Assembly (NCBI GenBank): GCA_031417555.1
Contig: JANOVV010000046.1
Coordinates: forward strand, 6,725 to 70,724
DNA: 64,000 bases
Source: Bacteroidota bacterium
GTDB taxonomy: Bacteria > Bacteroidota > Bacteroidia > AKYH767-A > 2013-40CM-41-45
Reading direction: 5' to 3'
This document shows positions 40,518 through 51,454 of the stretch, piece by piece. Each line of letters begins with the position of its first letter. The stretch's first letter is position 1. Below the pieces are notes generated by a model, which had not been told where the DNA came from, did not search any database, and saw only the letters and a list, made by a program, of their open reading frames with translations. The position numbers were made by a program, and so were the translations under genes.

Positions 40518-40736
40518 GTGGCGAAACAGGCAAACATAGAACAAGACGGTACGATAACCGAAGCATTATCAAATGCAATGTTCCGTGTGGAACTTGAAAA
40601 CGGGCACGAAATAATAGCCCACATCTCGGGAAAGATGAGAATGAATTATATAAAAATTCTTCCCGGTGATAAAGTGAAAGTTGAAATGTCGCCTTACGAT
40701 CTGACTAAAGGGAGAATAACATATAGATATAAATAA
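40518..40736 (+). CDS. infA: translation initiation factor IF-1
   Basis: 72 aa with the S1-like pattern [49 protein letters not shown]. The start codon is GTG. Confidence 0.95.
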   Translation: MAKQANIEQDGTITEALSNAMFRVELENGHEIIAHISGKMRMNYIKILPGDKVKVEMSPYDLTKGRITYRYK

Positions 40737-40738
40737 AA

Positions 40739-40794
40739 GTATCGGGTATCAGGTATCGAGTATCGGGTATGAAGTGCCAGATACAAGGTATTTA
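40739..40794 (+). repeat. 8 tandem degenerate heptads (gtatcgg gtatcag gtatcga gtatcgg gtatgaa gtgccag atacaag gtattta) in the infA-rpmJ spacer
   Basis: Read directly from the sequence. It starts 3 nt after the infA stop. Confidence 0.85.
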
Positions 40795-40816
40795 AGAATC
40801 ATAAAAAATAAAGGAA

Positions 40817-40933
40817 ATGAAAGTAAAACCTGCAATTAAAAAAAGAAGTGTCGACTGCATCATAGTACGCAGGAAGGGCAGATTATATGTGATAAACAAA
40901 AAGAATCCTCGGTTTAAACAACGCCAGGGATAA
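40817..40933 (+). CDS. rpmJ: 50S ribosomal protein L36
   Basis: Hand translation gives [38 protein letters not shown] (38 aa). This is too short for the ORF track. The position between infA and rpsM is as expected. Confidence 0.92.
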   Translation: MKVKPAIKKRSVDCIIVRRKGRLYVINKKNPRFKQRQG

Positions 40934-40958
40934 TTGTTTATTTGTTTAGACAAACGAT

Positions 40959-41007
40959 TAACCAGTATCAAATAACTATTAACTAATAACCAGTAACTAA
41001 TAACTAA
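40959..41007 (+). repeat. 7 tandem TAACNNN-type heptads (taaccag tatcaaa taactat taactaa taaccag taactaa taactaa) in the rpsM leader
   Basis: Read directly from the sequence. It ends 6 nt before the rpsM ATG. Confidence 0.85.
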
Positions 41008-41013
41008 CAAAAA

Positions 41014-41391
41014 ATGGCACGTATTTCAGGTGTAGATTTACCAAAGCACAAAAGAGGCGTAATCGGATTGACCTATATTTTCGGTATAGGAACGGCGACC
41101 GCTGAACGCATTCTTAATGAAGGCGGTATTGACCATTCAATTAAAGTTGAAAACTGGAATGATGAACAGTTGAATAAAATTCGTCAGATCATCAATGAAC
41201 TTAAAGTTGAAGGATCACTACGTTCGGAAGTTCAATTAAATATTAAACGACTTGTTGATATAAACTGCTATCGTGGTATACGTCATCGTGTTGGATTACC
41301 TGTGCGTGGTCAGCGTACAAAAACTAATTGTCGTACAAGAAAAGGAAAACGTAAAACTGTTGCCAACAAAAAGAAGGCAACTAAAATGTAA
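41014..41391 (+). CDS. rpsM: 30S ribosomal protein S13
   Basis: [10 protein letters not shown] and [21 protein letters not shown]. Confidence 0.97.
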   Translation: MARISGVDLPKHKRGVIGLTYIFGIGTATAERILNEGGIDHSIKVENWNDEQLNKIRQIINELKVEGSLRSEVQLNIKRLVDINCYRGIRHRVGLPVRGQRTKTNCRTRKGKRKTVANKKKATKM

Positions 41392-41400
41392 TTGATAATC

Positions 41401-41811
41401 ATGGCTACACAACAAACAGCAACCAATAAACCCACGAAGGCTGCAAAGAAAAAAGTGGTAAAAGTTGAAGCATACGGTAAAGCATTTATCAATGCAACGT
41501 TCAACAATATTATTATTTCATTAACCAACGACGCCGGCCAGGTTATTTCCTGGAGCTCAGCGGGTAAAATGGGATTCAAAGGCTCAAAGAAAAACACACC
41601 GTATGCGGCTCAGTTAGCTGCAGGAGATTGTGCAAAAGCTGCCTTTGATTTAGGTCTCAGAAAAGTAAAAGTATTTGTAAGAGGACCCGGAGCAGGCAGA
41701 GAATCTGCAATGAGAACTCTTCATCAATCTGGAATTGAAGTAACAGAAATAATGGATCTGACACCAATACCTCATAATGGTTGTCGTCCACACGGAAAAA
41801 GAAGAGTATAA
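41401..41811 (+). CDS. rpsK: 30S ribosomal protein S11
   Basis: [35 protein letters not shown] 41401 was preferred over the TTG 41392 used in the track. Confidence 0.95.
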   Translation: MATQQTATNKPTKAAKKKVVKVEAYGKAFINATFNNIIISLTNDAGQVISWSSAGKMGFKGSKKNTPYAAQLAAGDCAKAAFDLGLRKVKVFVRGPGAGRESAMRTLHQSGIEVTEIMDLTPIPHNGCRPHGKRRV

Positions 41812-41840
41812 TTTTAATTAGGAAAAGAATTCTATAAATC

Positions 41841-42446
41841 ATGGCAAGATACACCGGCCCATCAACAAAAATTGCACGTAAATTCCGTGAACCGATCTTC
41901 GGACCGGATAAATCTTTTGACAAAAAGAATTATCCACCGGGACAACATGGTTCTACTAAAAAGCGTGCTAAGCAATCAGAATACGCAGTTCAGCTTATGG
42001 AAAAGCAGAAGGTAAAATACATGTATGGTATTCTTGAGCGTCAGTTTGCAAAAATATTCGACCGTGCTTCCCGTAAGGCAGGTATTACCGGCGAAAATCT
42101 TTTACAACTTATCGAATCACGCTTGGATAATGTAGTATTCCGTCTTGGACTTGCTCCAACACGTATGGCTGCCCGTCAGCTGGTTTCGCATCGTCATATT
42201 ACTGTTAATGGTAAAGTTGTAAATATTTCATCTTACACATGCAGAAGCGGTGATGTTGTTGCCGTTCGTGAACGTTCAAAATCACTTGAAGTTATTACAG
42301 GTGCAACAACAGGATATGGACACAAACATGCTTGGCTTGAATGGGATCGTGCTTCTATGACGGGTAAGATTTTAAATTTACCTACACGTGATCAGATTCC
42401 TGAGGCAATCAAAGAACAGCTTATCGTCGAATTATATTCTAAATAA
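41841..42446 (+). CDS. rpsD: 30S ribosomal protein S4
   Basis: MARYTGP..K..R and the S4 domain [27 protein letters not shown]. Confidence 0.97.
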   Translation: MARYTGPSTKIARKFREPIFGPDKSFDKKNYPPGQHGSTKKRAKQSEYAVQLMEKQKVKYMYGILERQFAKIFDRASRKAGITGENLLQLIESRLDNVVFRLGLAPTRMAARQLVSHRHITVNGKVVNISSYTCRSGDVVAVRERSKSLEVITGATTGYGHKHAWLEWDRASMTGKILNLPTRDQIPEAIKEQLIVELYSK

Positions 42447-42522
42447 GCGAACAGAGTAATTAATGAGGAAGCAAACTTTCTCTAAATTTTATTAAGTCAA
42501 ACCTTTAACTATATACGATAAA

Positions 42523-43512
42523 ATGGCCATCCTAGCATTTCAGAAACCGGAAAAAGTGATCATGATCAACTCCGACGACCGTAACGGTGTATTTGAGTTT
42601 CGTCCTCTTGAACCAGGTTATGGAATTACCATCGGTAATGCATTGCGCAGAATATTGCTTTCTTCACTCGAAGGGCATGCAATTACCTCGATTAAAATTT
42701 CTGGTGTTGATCACGAATTTTCTACTATTAAAGGCGTGGTTGAAGATGTAACAGAACTAATTCTTAATTTGAAACAAGTTCGTTTCAAACAACAAATTCA
42801 AGGAACAGATTCAGAAAAAGTAACTGTAAGTGTTAGCGGCAAAACTCAGTTTACAGCCGGCGATATTAGCAAATTTACTACTGCTTTCCAGGTTCTTAAT
42901 CCAGAGCTGGTTCTTTGCAATATGGAAACAAGCGTAAAACTTACTATCGATATTCATATCGACAAAGGTCGCGGTTATGTTCCTTCTGAAGAAAATAAAC
43001 TGAGCAGCGCACCAATAGGAACTATACCAATGGATTCTATTTTTACTCCTGTTCGAAATGTAAAATATTCAGTAGAAAATTACCGTGTTGAGCAGAAAAC
43101 AGATTATGAAAAACTCATTATGGAAATTTCTTCCGACGGATCAATTCATCCGAAAGAAGCTTTGAAAGAAGCTGCTGAAATTCTTATTCACCATTTCATG
43201 CTTTTCTCTGATGAGAAAATTACACTGGAGACTAAAGAAAAGACACCAACTGAAGAACTCGATGAGAATACACTTCATATGCGCCAGCTTTTAAGTACGA
43301 AACTTGTCGATATGGATCTTTCAGTTAGAGCATTAAACTGTTTGAAAGCAGCGGATGTTGAGACGTTAGGTGATCTTGTTTCTTACAACAAATCTGACTT
43401 GTTAAAGTTTCGCAACTTTGGTAAGAAATCACTTACAGAACTCGAAGAACTTGTTCGTGCTAAGAACCTGTCATTCGGAATGAACGTAGGTAAATACCTT
43501 GATAGAAAATAA
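42523..43512 (+). CDS. rpoA: DNA-directed RNA polymerase alpha subunit
   Basis: 329 aa with [14 protein letters not shown] and the C-terminal domain L.LSVRA.NCLK.A...TLGDLV. Confidence 0.97.
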   Translation: MAILAFQKPEKVIMINSDDRNGVFEFRPLEPGYGITIGNALRRILLSSLEGHAITSIKISGVDHEFSTIKGVVEDVTELILNLKQVRFKQQIQGTDSEKVTVSVSGKTQFTAGDISKFTTAFQVLNPELVLCNMETSVKLTIDIHIDKGRGYVPSEENKLSSAPIGTIPMDSIFTPVRNVKYSVENYRVEQKTDYEKLIMEISSDGSIHPKEALKEAAEILIHHFMLFSDEKITLETKEKTPTEELDENTLHMRQLLSTKLVDMDLSVRALNCLKAADVETLGDLVSYNKSDLLKFRNFGKKSLTELEELVRAKNLSFGMNVGKYLDRK

Positions 43513-43643
43513 TTAGTAGTTAATAATTAATAGTTAATAGTTATTTGTAGTAAGAGAGTAAATTAAAAGTATAAATTTATTAAACTAAATAGTATAACCA
43601 TTAACAAATAACCATTAACCAATAACGAGTACCAATAACCAGC
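43513..43643. repeat. rpoA-rplQ spacer: two roughly complementary heptad-periodic arms flanking an AT-rich loop. The left arm carries tagttaa-type words and the right arm taaccat/taaccaa-type words.
   Basis: ttaatagttaatagttatttg (left) pairs with caaataaccattaaccaataa (right). Complementarity is imperfect, and both arms are 7-nt periodic. Confidence 0.6.
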
Positions 43644-43647
43644 ATCA

Positions 43648-44214
43648 ATGAGACACGGAAAAAAATTCAATCATCTTGGAAGACAACACTCACACCGTGA
43701 GGCAATGCTTTCAAATATGTCTTCTTCACTGATTTTGCACAAACGTATCAATACAACGGTTGCAAAAGCAAAAGCACTGCGGAAATATGTAGAACCTCTT
43801 ATTACACGTTCAAAAGACGACAGTACACATTCCCGCAGAACTGTTTTTAGTTACCTGCAGAATAAATTAGCTGTTGCTGAATTATTCCGTGAAGTAGCTC
43901 CAAAGATAGCTGATCGTCCGGGAGGATATACACGGATTATCAGACTTGAAAACCGTCCCGGTGACAATGCTGAAATGTGTATGATGGAACTGGTCGACTT
44001 CAATTTAATTTATGGAGTTGATGGTAAAGAATCTACTGCTAAAAAAGCAAAAGGAACACGTCGTAAGAGCACCACAAAAAAATCAACAGCTGATGGTGAA
44101 GTGGATGCAACTGTTTCAGAGGTAAAAAAGAAATCTGCTAAGAAAACTGATTCTAAGGAAGCTCCTAAAAAAGCAAAGAGTAAGAAATCTGATTCTTCAG
44201 ACGAAAAAGAATGA
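43648..44214 (+). CDS. rplQ: 50S ribosomal protein L17 with a Lys/Ser-rich C-terminal tail
   Basis: MRHGKK.N.LGR...HR.AML.N and GGYTRI. The ~60-aa tail is rich in KKSAKK-type repeats. Confidence 0.95.
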   Translation: MRHGKKFNHLGRQHSHREAMLSNMSSSLILHKRINTTVAKAKALRKYVEPLITRSKDDSTHSRRTVFSYLQNKLAVAELFREVAPKIADRPGGYTRIIRLENRPGDNAEMCMMELVDFNLIYGVDGKESTAKKAKGTRRKSTTKKSTADGEVDATVSEVKKKSAKKTDSKEAPKKAKSKKSDSSDEKE

Positions 44215-44237
44215 TAATAGAACTCATTATAGAAAAA

Positions 44238-44270
44238 GGGATAGGACGAAAGTTCTGTCCCTTTTTTTTT
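44238..44270 (+). terminator. rho-independent terminator ending the ribosomal protein superoperon
   Basis: gggataggac-gaaag-ttctgtccc forms a stem of 9 bp including two G:U pairs, followed by T9 (44262-44270). Confidence 0.7.
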
Positions 44271-44390
44271 ATCCACAAAAAAATATCAAGGCATGTTTAA
44301 ATTAATACAAATTATCATTTTAGGAAAATTTACTAACAATTCCATAATTCAGATTTAAGAAACTCAAAACTATTATCTTTGAACTATACG

Positions 44391-45512
44391 ATGAAATACT
44401 TAGAAAAAAAACCGGCAATTTTACTTCTTGAAGATGGAACATTTTTTCTGGGCAAAGCTGCCGGGGCTATTGGAATAACTACCGGTGAGATTTGTTTCAA
44501 CACGGGTATGACCGGTTATCAGGAAATATTTACTGATCCTTCTTATTACGGACAAATTCTGGTTGCCACACATGTACATATTGGTAACTATGGAATTCAT
44601 CCCGGTGAAGTTGAAAGTGAAAGAATCAATATTTCAGGACTGGTTTGCCGAAGTTTTAATGTTAACTATTCCAGAAAAGCTGCAATAGAATCTATCGAGG
44701 ATTATTTCATTCGTCAGAATGTTGTAGCAATCTGTGATATTGATACACGTGCTGTAGTCAGACATATTCGTTCTAAAGGAGCAATGAATTGTATTGTTTC
44801 TTCCGAAACAACAGATATAGATATTTTAAAGAAAATGCTTTCAGAAGTACCACAGATGGCAGGACTGGAGCTTTCTTCTAAAGTTACTACAAAGACTCCT
44901 TATTTTACAGGCAATCCGAATTCGAATTTGAGAGTGGCTGTGATGGATTTTGGTGTTAAGAAAAACATCATCCGAAATTTGGTGCAGAGAGATTGTTATG
45001 TAAATGTTTTTCCCGCGTCTACTTCTTTCAGGGAAATTAAACAATGGAATCCGGATGGAATTTTATTAAGCAATGGTCCGGGTGATCCATCTGCAATGCT
45101 TGGAGTAGTAGAAAATGTAAAAGCCGCACTTAATGGTAATGTTCCGCTATTTGGAATTTGCCTAGGACAACAATTACTTGCCGAAGCGTGTGGAATAGGA
45201 ACGTATAAAATGTTTAACGGGCATAGAGGGATTAATCATCCGGTAAAAAATCTAATAACCGGAAGAAGTGAAATCACATCTCAGAATCACGGCTTTTCTG
45301 TAAATGAAGAAGATATTAAAAAATCTAAGTCTGTTGAAGTAACGCATATAAATTTAAATGATGATACTGTTGAAGGTATTCGTGTAAAAGATCGAATAGC
45401 TTTCAGTGTGCAGTATCACCCCGAATCGGCCCCGGGTCCACATGACAGTTCATATTTGTTTGATGATTTTGTTGAAGCAATGAAGAAGGTTGAAGAGCCG
45501 GTAAATGTTTAA
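44391..45512 (+). CDS. carA: carbamoyl-phosphate synthase small (glutamine amidotransferase) subunit
   Basis: LLEDGT.F.G and the GATase motifs GICLGQQLL and VQYHPE are present. ATG 44391 was preferred. A TAtcTTTG box at 44374-44381 lies just upstream. Confidence 0.93.
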   Translation: MKYLEKKPAILLLEDGTFFLGKAAGAIGITTGEICFNTGMTGYQEIFTDPSYYGQILVATHVHIGNYGIHPGEVESERINISGLVCRSFNVNYSRKAAIESIEDYFIRQNVVAICDIDTRAVVRHIRSKGAMNCIVSSETTDIDILKKMLSEVPQMAGLELSSKVTTKTPYFTGNPNSNLRVAVMDFGVKKNIIRNLVQRDCYVNVFPASTSFREIKQWNPDGILLSNGPGDPSAMLGVVENVKAALNGNVPLFGICLGQQLLAEACGIGTYKMFNGHRGINHPVKNLITGRSEITSQNHGFSVNEEDIKKSKSVEVTHINLNDDTVEGIRVKDRIAFSVQYHPESAPGPHDSSYLFDDFVEAMKKVEEPVNV

Positions 45513-45555
45513 GTAGGCATTGTTTTATAATACTTTTTTTTAGATTTTATTTTTT

Positions 45556-46122
45556 ATGAATGCTCAAATTTTATTGAAAATAAATAGGGTTTTGTTTTTT
45601 ATAACGATTATTATTTTTTCTGTTGATATTTTATTTGCCCAGGACAATGTTCCAGTAAGAACAATTAATCAACAAATAAATTTTGGAGTAGGAGTAGGAT
45701 TAGATTATGGCGGAATTGGACTTAGATTATCTGTTTTACCTGATAGCCACTTGTCTTTATTTGCCGCATTTGGAAATAATTTAAATGGTGCTGGTTATAA
45801 TTTGGGTGTTGCTTATCGATTTACTCCATTTAATAGCACTTGTTGGTATTATACAATGATGTATGGATATAATGCAGTTATTGTTATTAATAATGCTTCG
45901 CAATATGATCAAACCTATTATGGTATTTCTCCCGGATTTGGAATTGAATTTCATGGAAGAAGACATCCGGGTAATTTTTTTAATTTAGAAATTCTGATAC
46001 CATTAAGAACACAGGAATATCGTGACGATATAATTGCTTTACAAAACAAAAGGACTATTACATTTAAATCACAGCCTCTTCCTTTTACAATTAGTATTGG
46101 TTTCCATTTTAAATTGGGATAA
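45556..46122 (+). CDS. hypothetical exported protein (possible small beta-barrel)
   Basis: It has a signal-like N-terminus and Gly/aromatic-rich alternating strands. No family was recognised. Confidence 0.45.
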   Translation: MNAQILLKINRVLFFITIIIFSVDILFAQDNVPVRTINQQINFGVGVGLDYGGIGLRLSVLPDSHLSLFAAFGNNLNGAGYNLGVAYRFTPFNSTCWYYTMMYGYNAVIVINNASQYDQTYYGISPGFGIEFHGRRHPGNFFNLEILIPLRTQEYRDDIIALQNKRTITFKSQPLPFTISIGFHFKLG

Positions 46123-46170
46123 TATAGTTGCTTTCGCTGTTTAATTAATTGACAAGGATAAATAGCATAA

Positions 46171-46929
46171 TCAAATTAACAAATGATTCTTGACTCCTTG
46201 TGCCATTAATTTCCAAAAATATTTTTCTTCAACAACACGACTTAGACTGTCCATGTGACGATGTCCATGTAAATCGCTGCCGATAAAATCTATCATGTTC
46301 TCATCAATTAATCGTTCAGCTGTTTTTTTGGACTCTTTACCATAATAACCGGTAAGAGAATTGATGTTCAGTTGAAATAAAACACCGGCTTCTTTTAGTT
46401 TTTTATATTCATCAAATTTATTAGCCCAATAATTATATCGTTCCGGATGAGCCAGAAGCGGAGTATAGTTGTGTACGTTTATTTCAAAAATTACTCCTAA
46501 AAGATTGTCGGGCGGATTTATATATGAAATTTCAAAAAGAAGATATTTATTATTTATAGTCAGCATTTTTTCGTTTTTAACTTTCTGAAGAAAATTTTCA
46601 TCAAGGTAATATTCAGCTGCTGCATCAATGGTAATATTAATTCCTTCTTTTTTAATTTCTAATCTGACGGTTTCTAATCCTTGCATTATTATTTCAGGAG
46701 TATTTTTAAAATAATCACTCATGATGTGTGGCGTTGTAACCAGTCTTTTAAATCCTAATTCCGAAAAAGCTCTAATCATTTCCATCGATTCTTCTATGGA
46801 CTTTACACCGTCGTCTATGCCCGGAATCAGATGGCTATGGATATCAGTAGCGACTGCTGAAAAGTCTGATACTGACGGGTAATCGGGCTCTTTTGGTTTT
46901 TTAGAAAATAATGATCCGAATAAAGACAT
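46171..46929 (-). CDS. CpsB/CapC-type (PHP family) protein-tyrosine phosphatase of capsule/EPS regulation
   Basis: DIHSHLIPGIDDG at the N-terminal third, and GSDLHG..H near the C-terminus. Confidence 0.8.
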   Translation of the reverse strand: MSLFGSLFSKKPKEPDYPSVSDFSAVATDIHSHLIPGIDDGVKSIEESMEMIRAFSELGFKRLVTTPHIMSDYFKNTPEIIMQGLETVRLEIKKEGINITIDAAAEYYLDENFLQKVKNEKMLTINNKYLLFEISYINPPDNLLGVIFEINVHNYTPLLAHPERYNYWANKFDEYKKLKEAGVLFQLNINSLTGYYGKESKKTAERLIDENMIDFIGSDLHGHRHMDSLSRVVEEKYFWKLMAQGVKNHLLI

Positions 46930-46930
46930 A

Positions 46931-47926
46931 TTAGTTTGAATTAATCATTGATTGCCTAAACCATTCTATCGTTAATGCGAGTCCTTCATCAAGTCCTATC
47001 AATGGATTATACGACAATAATTTTTTTGCGGCAGAAATATCAGCCAATGAATCTCTGACATCGCCTGAACGTTTTTCTCTATAAACAGGTTTGATATCTG
47101 ATTTATATATTCTTGCAATAATATTAAATAATTCATTTATTGACACACGTTCGCCTAAAGCAACATTGTAAACTCGGTTTATTGCTTCAGAATTCGTTGT
47201 GAGTAAAGCTCTGATGTTTGCCTGAACAACATTATCGACAAAAGTAAAATCTCTCGTTTGTTCACCATCACCATCAATAAATGGCGGTTTATTATCGATG
47301 ACGCTTTGAATAAAAAGAGGAATCACTGCAGCATAAGGTCCGGAAGGACTTTGGTTCGGACCGAAGACATTGAAATATCGGAGACCAATCGTTTCTATTT
47401 TAAATGTATTTGAAAAAACCTGAGCATATAGTTCATTCGTTTTTTTGCTTACAGCATAGGGTGAAAGAGGGTTGCCGGTTTGCTCTTCTTTTTTAGGAAG
47501 TACCGGATGATCACCGTAAATGGCAGAGGTACTAGCATAAATAAATCTTTTAACAGATGATTCTTTAGCAGCAAGAATCATATTCAGAAATCCATTAGCA
47601 TTTACCTCATTTGTTGTAATCGGATCTTTTATTGAACGAGGAACCGATCCTAAAGCAGCCTGGTGTGAAACATAATCAATCCCTTCACAACATTTTTTAC
47701 ACGTTTCGTAATCACGAATATCGCCTTCAATAAAATCAAAATTTTTGTGGCCAATAAATTGTGAAATATTTTTTAATAACCCATTTGAAAAATTATCAAG
47801 TACTCTTATTTTTCCTGCATTATTATTAAAAAGATATTGAACGATATTAGAACCAATAAATCCCGCTCCGCCCGTAATTAGAAAAGAGGTCTTAGATAGA
47901 TCTGTGGTATGATAAGTTGCAGGCAT
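46931..47926 (-). CDS. NAD-dependent nucleotide-sugar epimerase (WbpP/TviC-like UDP-GlcNAc(A) 4-epimerase family)
   Basis: Rossmann motif ITGGAGFIGSN, the catalytic SPYAVSK (YxxxK), and RYFNVFGP.Q. Confidence 0.75.
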   Translation of the reverse strand: MPATYHTTDLSKTSFLITGGAGFIGSNIVQYLFNNNAGKIRVLDNFSNGLLKNISQFIGHKNFDFIEGDIRDYETCKKCCEGIDYVSHQAALGSVPRSIKDPITTNEVNANGFLNMILAAKESSVKRFIYASTSAIYGDHPVLPKKEEQTGNPLSPYAVSKKTNELYAQVFSNTFKIETIGLRYFNVFGPNQSPSGPYAAVIPLFIQSVIDNKPPFIDGDGEQTRDFTFVDNVVQANIRALLTTNSEAINRVYNVALGERVSINELFNIIARIYKSDIKPVYREKRSGDVRDSLADISAAKKLLSYNPLIGLDEGLALTIEWFRQSMINSN

Positions 47927-47941
47927 TAATTATTTAAAATT

Positions 47942-48047
47942 GAAGATTGAAAACTGAAGATACCGAATCGAAAATTACTCTTTTAATAATACAAATCTAT
48001 CAAATATTTTTTTCTTGATTCTTGATTCTTGATTCTTGATACCAGAT
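47942..48047. repeat. two heptad tracts in the epimerase-rfbB spacer: gaagatt gaaaact gaagata ccgaatc gaaaatt (47942-47976), and four tcttgat units plus accagat (48013-48047)
   Basis: Read directly from the sequence. Confidence 0.85.
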
Positions 48048-48048
48048 A

Positions 48049-49116
48049 CTATCTTTTCTCATACTGCTGCTCATAGTAATGCAAATAATCGCCGGAAATC
48101 AATTCGTTCAACCATTCATCATTATTTAAATACCAATCGACGGTGAGTTCAAGTCCTTCTGCAAACTGTAGAGAGGGTTTCCAACCCAATTCTTTTTGAA
48201 GTTTAGATGAATCGATAGCATAACGAAGATCATGGCCAGCGCGATCTTTAACATAAGAGATCAGTTTGGCAGAAGTTCCGGGTTCTCTGTGTAGTTTGTG
48301 ATCCATGATGGTACATAAGAGTAGTATGAGATCGATATTTTTCCATTCATTATTTCCGCCAATGTTAAAAGTTTCTCCTACCGGAGCGTTATGAAAAATA
48401 ACATCAATTGCTTTTGCATGATCATCAACAAAAAGCCAATCACGAACATTTTCACCTTTTCCATAAACGGGAACGGGCCGGTAATTTTTGATATTGTTTA
48501 TTGCCAGTGGAATAAGTTTTTCCGGAAATTGATAAGAGCCATAATTATTCGAGCAATTGGAAATGACAACTGGTAATTTATAAGTATCAAAATAAGCACG
48601 CACAAGATGATCGGAACCGGCTTTGCTGGCTGAATACGGACTGTGTGGATCATACGGGCTTTTTTCTGTAAAGAAGCCAGTTGCTCCCAGTGAGCCATAA
48701 ACCTCATCGGTAGATACGTGATAAAATAAATTTTTACCCTGAACAGCTTCTTTCCAAAAAGTTTTAGCGGCACTTAAAAGATTGGCAGTTCCAATTACAT
48801 TTGTCATTACAAATTCAATTGGATTTGAAATGCTGCGATCAACATGAGATTCGGCAGCCAGATGGATTACTGAATCTATATTGAAGCGTGAAAAAGTTTC
48901 ATTTATACTTTCAACATCATTTATATCACCTTTTACAAAAACATAATTTTCTTTTGTATCAATGTCTTTGAGGTTGGCAAGATTACCGGCATAAGTCAGT
49001 TTGTCAAAATTGACAATACGGTAAGAAGGATATTTATTAATAAAATGACGAATGACGTGTGAGCCGATAAATCCGGCACCACCGGTGACAAGAATATTTT
49101 TTTGAAAGTTGCTCAT
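48049..49116 (-). CDS. rfbB: dTDP-glucose 4,6-dehydratase
   Basis: ILVTGGAGFIGSH, HVSTDEVYG and SPYSASKAGSDHLVRAY. Confidence 0.92.
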   Translation of the reverse strand: MSNFQKNILVTGGAGFIGSHVIRHFINKYPSYRIVNFDKLTYAGNLANLKDIDTKENYVFVKGDINDVESINETFSRFNIDSVIHLAAESHVDRSISNPIEFVMTNVIGTANLLSAAKTFWKEAVQGKNLFYHVSTDEVYGSLGATGFFTEKSPYDPHSPYSASKAGSDHLVRAYFDTYKLPVVISNCSNNYGSYQFPEKLIPLAINNIKNYRPVPVYGKGENVRDWLFVDDHAKAIDVIFHNAPVGETFNIGGNNEWKNIDLILLLCTIMDHKLHREPGTSAKLISYVKDRAGHDLRYAIDSSKLQKELGWKPSLQFAEGLELTVDWYLNNDEWLNELISGDYLHYYEQQYEKR

Positions 49117-49123
49117 ATATTTT

Positions 49124-50146
49124 TCAGACGATTATACGTTCATTTAATTTCATTTCCCATGCCCAGGCTGATCGCATTATATCTTCAAGGTTGAGTTCGC
49201 ATTTCCAGGCAAGTTCTTTATTAGCCAGTGTGGTATCGGCCCAAACTTTTTCTACATCTCCGGCACGTCGCGGACCTACCATGTAATTTAATTTATTCCC
49301 GGAAATTTTTTCAAATGTATTTATTGCTTCGAGAACACTGTTGCCATTTCCGGATCCGAGATTAAAAATTTCAAACGGTTTCTTATTTTTTTTATTTAAA
49401 AGCCTTTCAATCGCAGCAATGTGAGCTTTGGCAACATCTACAACATGTATATAATCCCGAATACATGTCCCGTCAGGAGTTGAATAATCATTACCATGTA
49501 TTGTTACAGACTTTCGTTTGCCAATGGCAGTTTGGGTAATTACCGGAACAAGATTTGTTGGAGGTTGTAGAGGATATTCACCAATCAATGCACTCTTATG
49601 TGCTCCGGCAGGATTGAAATAACGCAAAGCTATCCCATTAAATTTAATTGCCCGAATAGCATCTTCAATAATTTCTTCTCCGATTTGTTTCGTATTTCCA
49701 TAAGGAGATTCTGGTTTTTTTAGTGGAGAACTTTCGGTAACGGGAAGCTTGTCTGCTTGTCCGTAAACTGAGCAAGAAGAAGAGAAAACAAAATTGTCTA
49801 GTTTTCTTTCATTATAAATTTCTAAAAGATTAATGAGAGACAGAAGATTGTTTTTGTAATATTTCAAAGGATCTTCCACAGACTCGCCAACTGCTTTCCA
49901 CGCGGCAAAATGAATGGTAGCATCAATCTTAAACTGATCAAAAATTTTATCAGTTTCTTTTTTATTGCAAAGATCAATATTAATAAAAGGAACCTTTACT
50001 CCGGTGATTTCGAAAATAGCATCGATAACATTTTCTCTGGAATTACTTAAATTATCGGCAATAACAGGGTGAAAACCTTTTTCCAAAAGTTCGACGACTG
50101 TATGTGAGCCAATATATCCGGCTCCTCCTGTTACGAGTATGTTCAT
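49124..50146 (-). CDS. galE: UDP-glucose 4-epimerase
   Basis: ILVTGGAGYIGSHT, SPYG.TK, RYFNP.GAH and IRDYIHV.D. Confidence 0.9.
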   Translation of the reverse strand: MNILVTGGAGYIGSHTVVELLEKGFHPVIADNLSNSRENVIDAIFEITGVKVPFINIDLCNKKETDKIFDQFKIDATIHFAAWKAVGESVEDPLKYYKNNLLSLINLLEIYNERKLDNFVFSSSCSVYGQADKLPVTESSPLKKPESPYGNTKQIGEEIIEDAIRAIKFNGIALRYFNPAGAHKSALIGEYPLQPPTNLVPVITQTAIGKRKSVTIHGNDYSTPDGTCIRDYIHVVDVAKAHIAAIERLLNKKNKKPFEIFNLGSGNGNSVLEAINTFEKISGNKLNYMVGPRRAGDVEKVWADTTLANKELAWKCELNLEDIMRSAWAWEMKLNERIIV

Positions 50147-50147
50147 T

Positions 50148-51437
50148 TTATAAACTCCAGTAATTTAAATTTTTTATTTTTCCTTTCAACATTCCTTTGA
50201 TATCGACAACTAATCCGTCTTTGCTTAAAGCTGATGCGAACCATTCTTCATTCAGATTTTTAAATTCGTCATGGTTTACTGCAACAATAATTGCATCATA
50301 ATTTTTTCCCAGCGACTTTACTAATTCAAAACCATATTCGTGTTTTAATTCATCACTGTTAGCTCTTGGATCTGAAACTTCAACAGTAACACCATATGAA
50401 ACTAATTCTTTAACGACATCAGCAACTTTTGAATTTCGAATGTCTTCTACATTTTCTTTAAAAGTTGCACCGAGAACCAGCACTTTTGATTTGGAAACAT
50501 CTTTGCCTGAAGAAATTATTTTTTTAACAGTTTGTTTAGCTACATAAAACCCCATGCTGTCGTTTACATATCTTCCGCTATTGATCACTTGTGCATGATA
50601 GCCCAGTTCTTGTGCTTTATAAGTAAGGTAATAAGGGTCAACACCAATACAATGTCCGCCTACAAGTCCGGGCTGAAATCGGATGAAATTCCATTTTGTA
50701 CCTGCTGCTTCTAAAACATCATAAGTATTTATTCCCATTTTGTTAAAGATAATGCTAAGTTCATTCATGAGAGCAATATTCACATCTCGTTGTGTGTTCT
50801 CTATGATCTTTGCAGCTTCGGCAACTTTTATCGATGGAGCCCGATGAACACCTGCTTTAACGATTATCTGATATGATAATGCAATTTCCTCAAGAGCTTC
50901 TTCATCGCTTCCGGAAACTACTTTTAAAATTTTTGTAATAGTATGTTCGGTATCTCCCGGGTTAATCCGCTCGGGTGAATAACCGACTTTAAAATCAGTT
51001 TTGTGTTTCAATCCGGAAAGTTCTTCAAGAATAGGAATACAATCCTCTTCCGTACATCCTGGATAAACGGTGGATTCGTAAACAACGTAGTCGCCCTTTT
51101 TGAGGATTTTACCTATGGAACGCGTTGCGCTAAGAATTGGTTTAAGATCCGGCAGATTGTGTTCGTCGATTGGTGTAGGAACTGTAACAATGAAAAAGGA
51201 TGCTTCTCCCAATTTTTCTAATGAAGAAGTAAATTCGATAGATTTATTTTTGAAGTGCTCCGATTTTAATTCACCGCTGGGATCAACTCCGTTTCTCATT
51301 TTTTCAAGTCTCTGTTCATTAATGTCAAATCCAATGACATTAATCTTACCGGCAAATTCAAGGGCGATAGGAAGCCCAACATACCCTAGGCCTATAACTG
51401 CTAATTTTTTTTTCTTTTCAACAAGTTCTTTATACAT
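50148..51437 (-). CDS. nucleotide-sugar 6-dehydrogenase (TviB/WbpO/WbpA-like UDP-N-acetylhexosamine dehydrogenase)
   Basis: VIGLGYVGLPIALEF, GFDIN..R and the catalytic GGHCIGVDPYYL. Confidence 0.8.
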   Translation of the reverse strand: MYKELVEKKKKLAVIGLGYVGLPIALEFAGKINVIGFDINEQRLEKMRNGVDPSGELKSEHFKNKSIEFTSSLEKLGEASFFIVTVPTPIDEHNLPDLKPILSATRSIGKILKKGDYVVYESTVYPGCTEEDCIPILEELSGLKHKTDFKVGYSPERINPGDTEHTITKILKVVSGSDEEALEEIALSYQIIVKAGVHRAPSIKVAEAAKIIENTQRDVNIALMNELSIIFNKMGINTYDVLEAAGTKWNFIRFQPGLVGGHCIGVDPYYLTYKAQELGYHAQVINSGRYVNDSMGFYVAKQTVKKIISSGKDVSKSKVLVLGATFKENVEDIRNSKVADVVKELVSYGVTVEVSDPRANSDELKHEYGFELVKSLGKNYDAIIVAVNHDEFKNLNEEWFASALSKDGLVVDIKGMLKGKIKNLNYWSL

Positions 51438-51454
51438 ATGATTGATTCCGGTAA

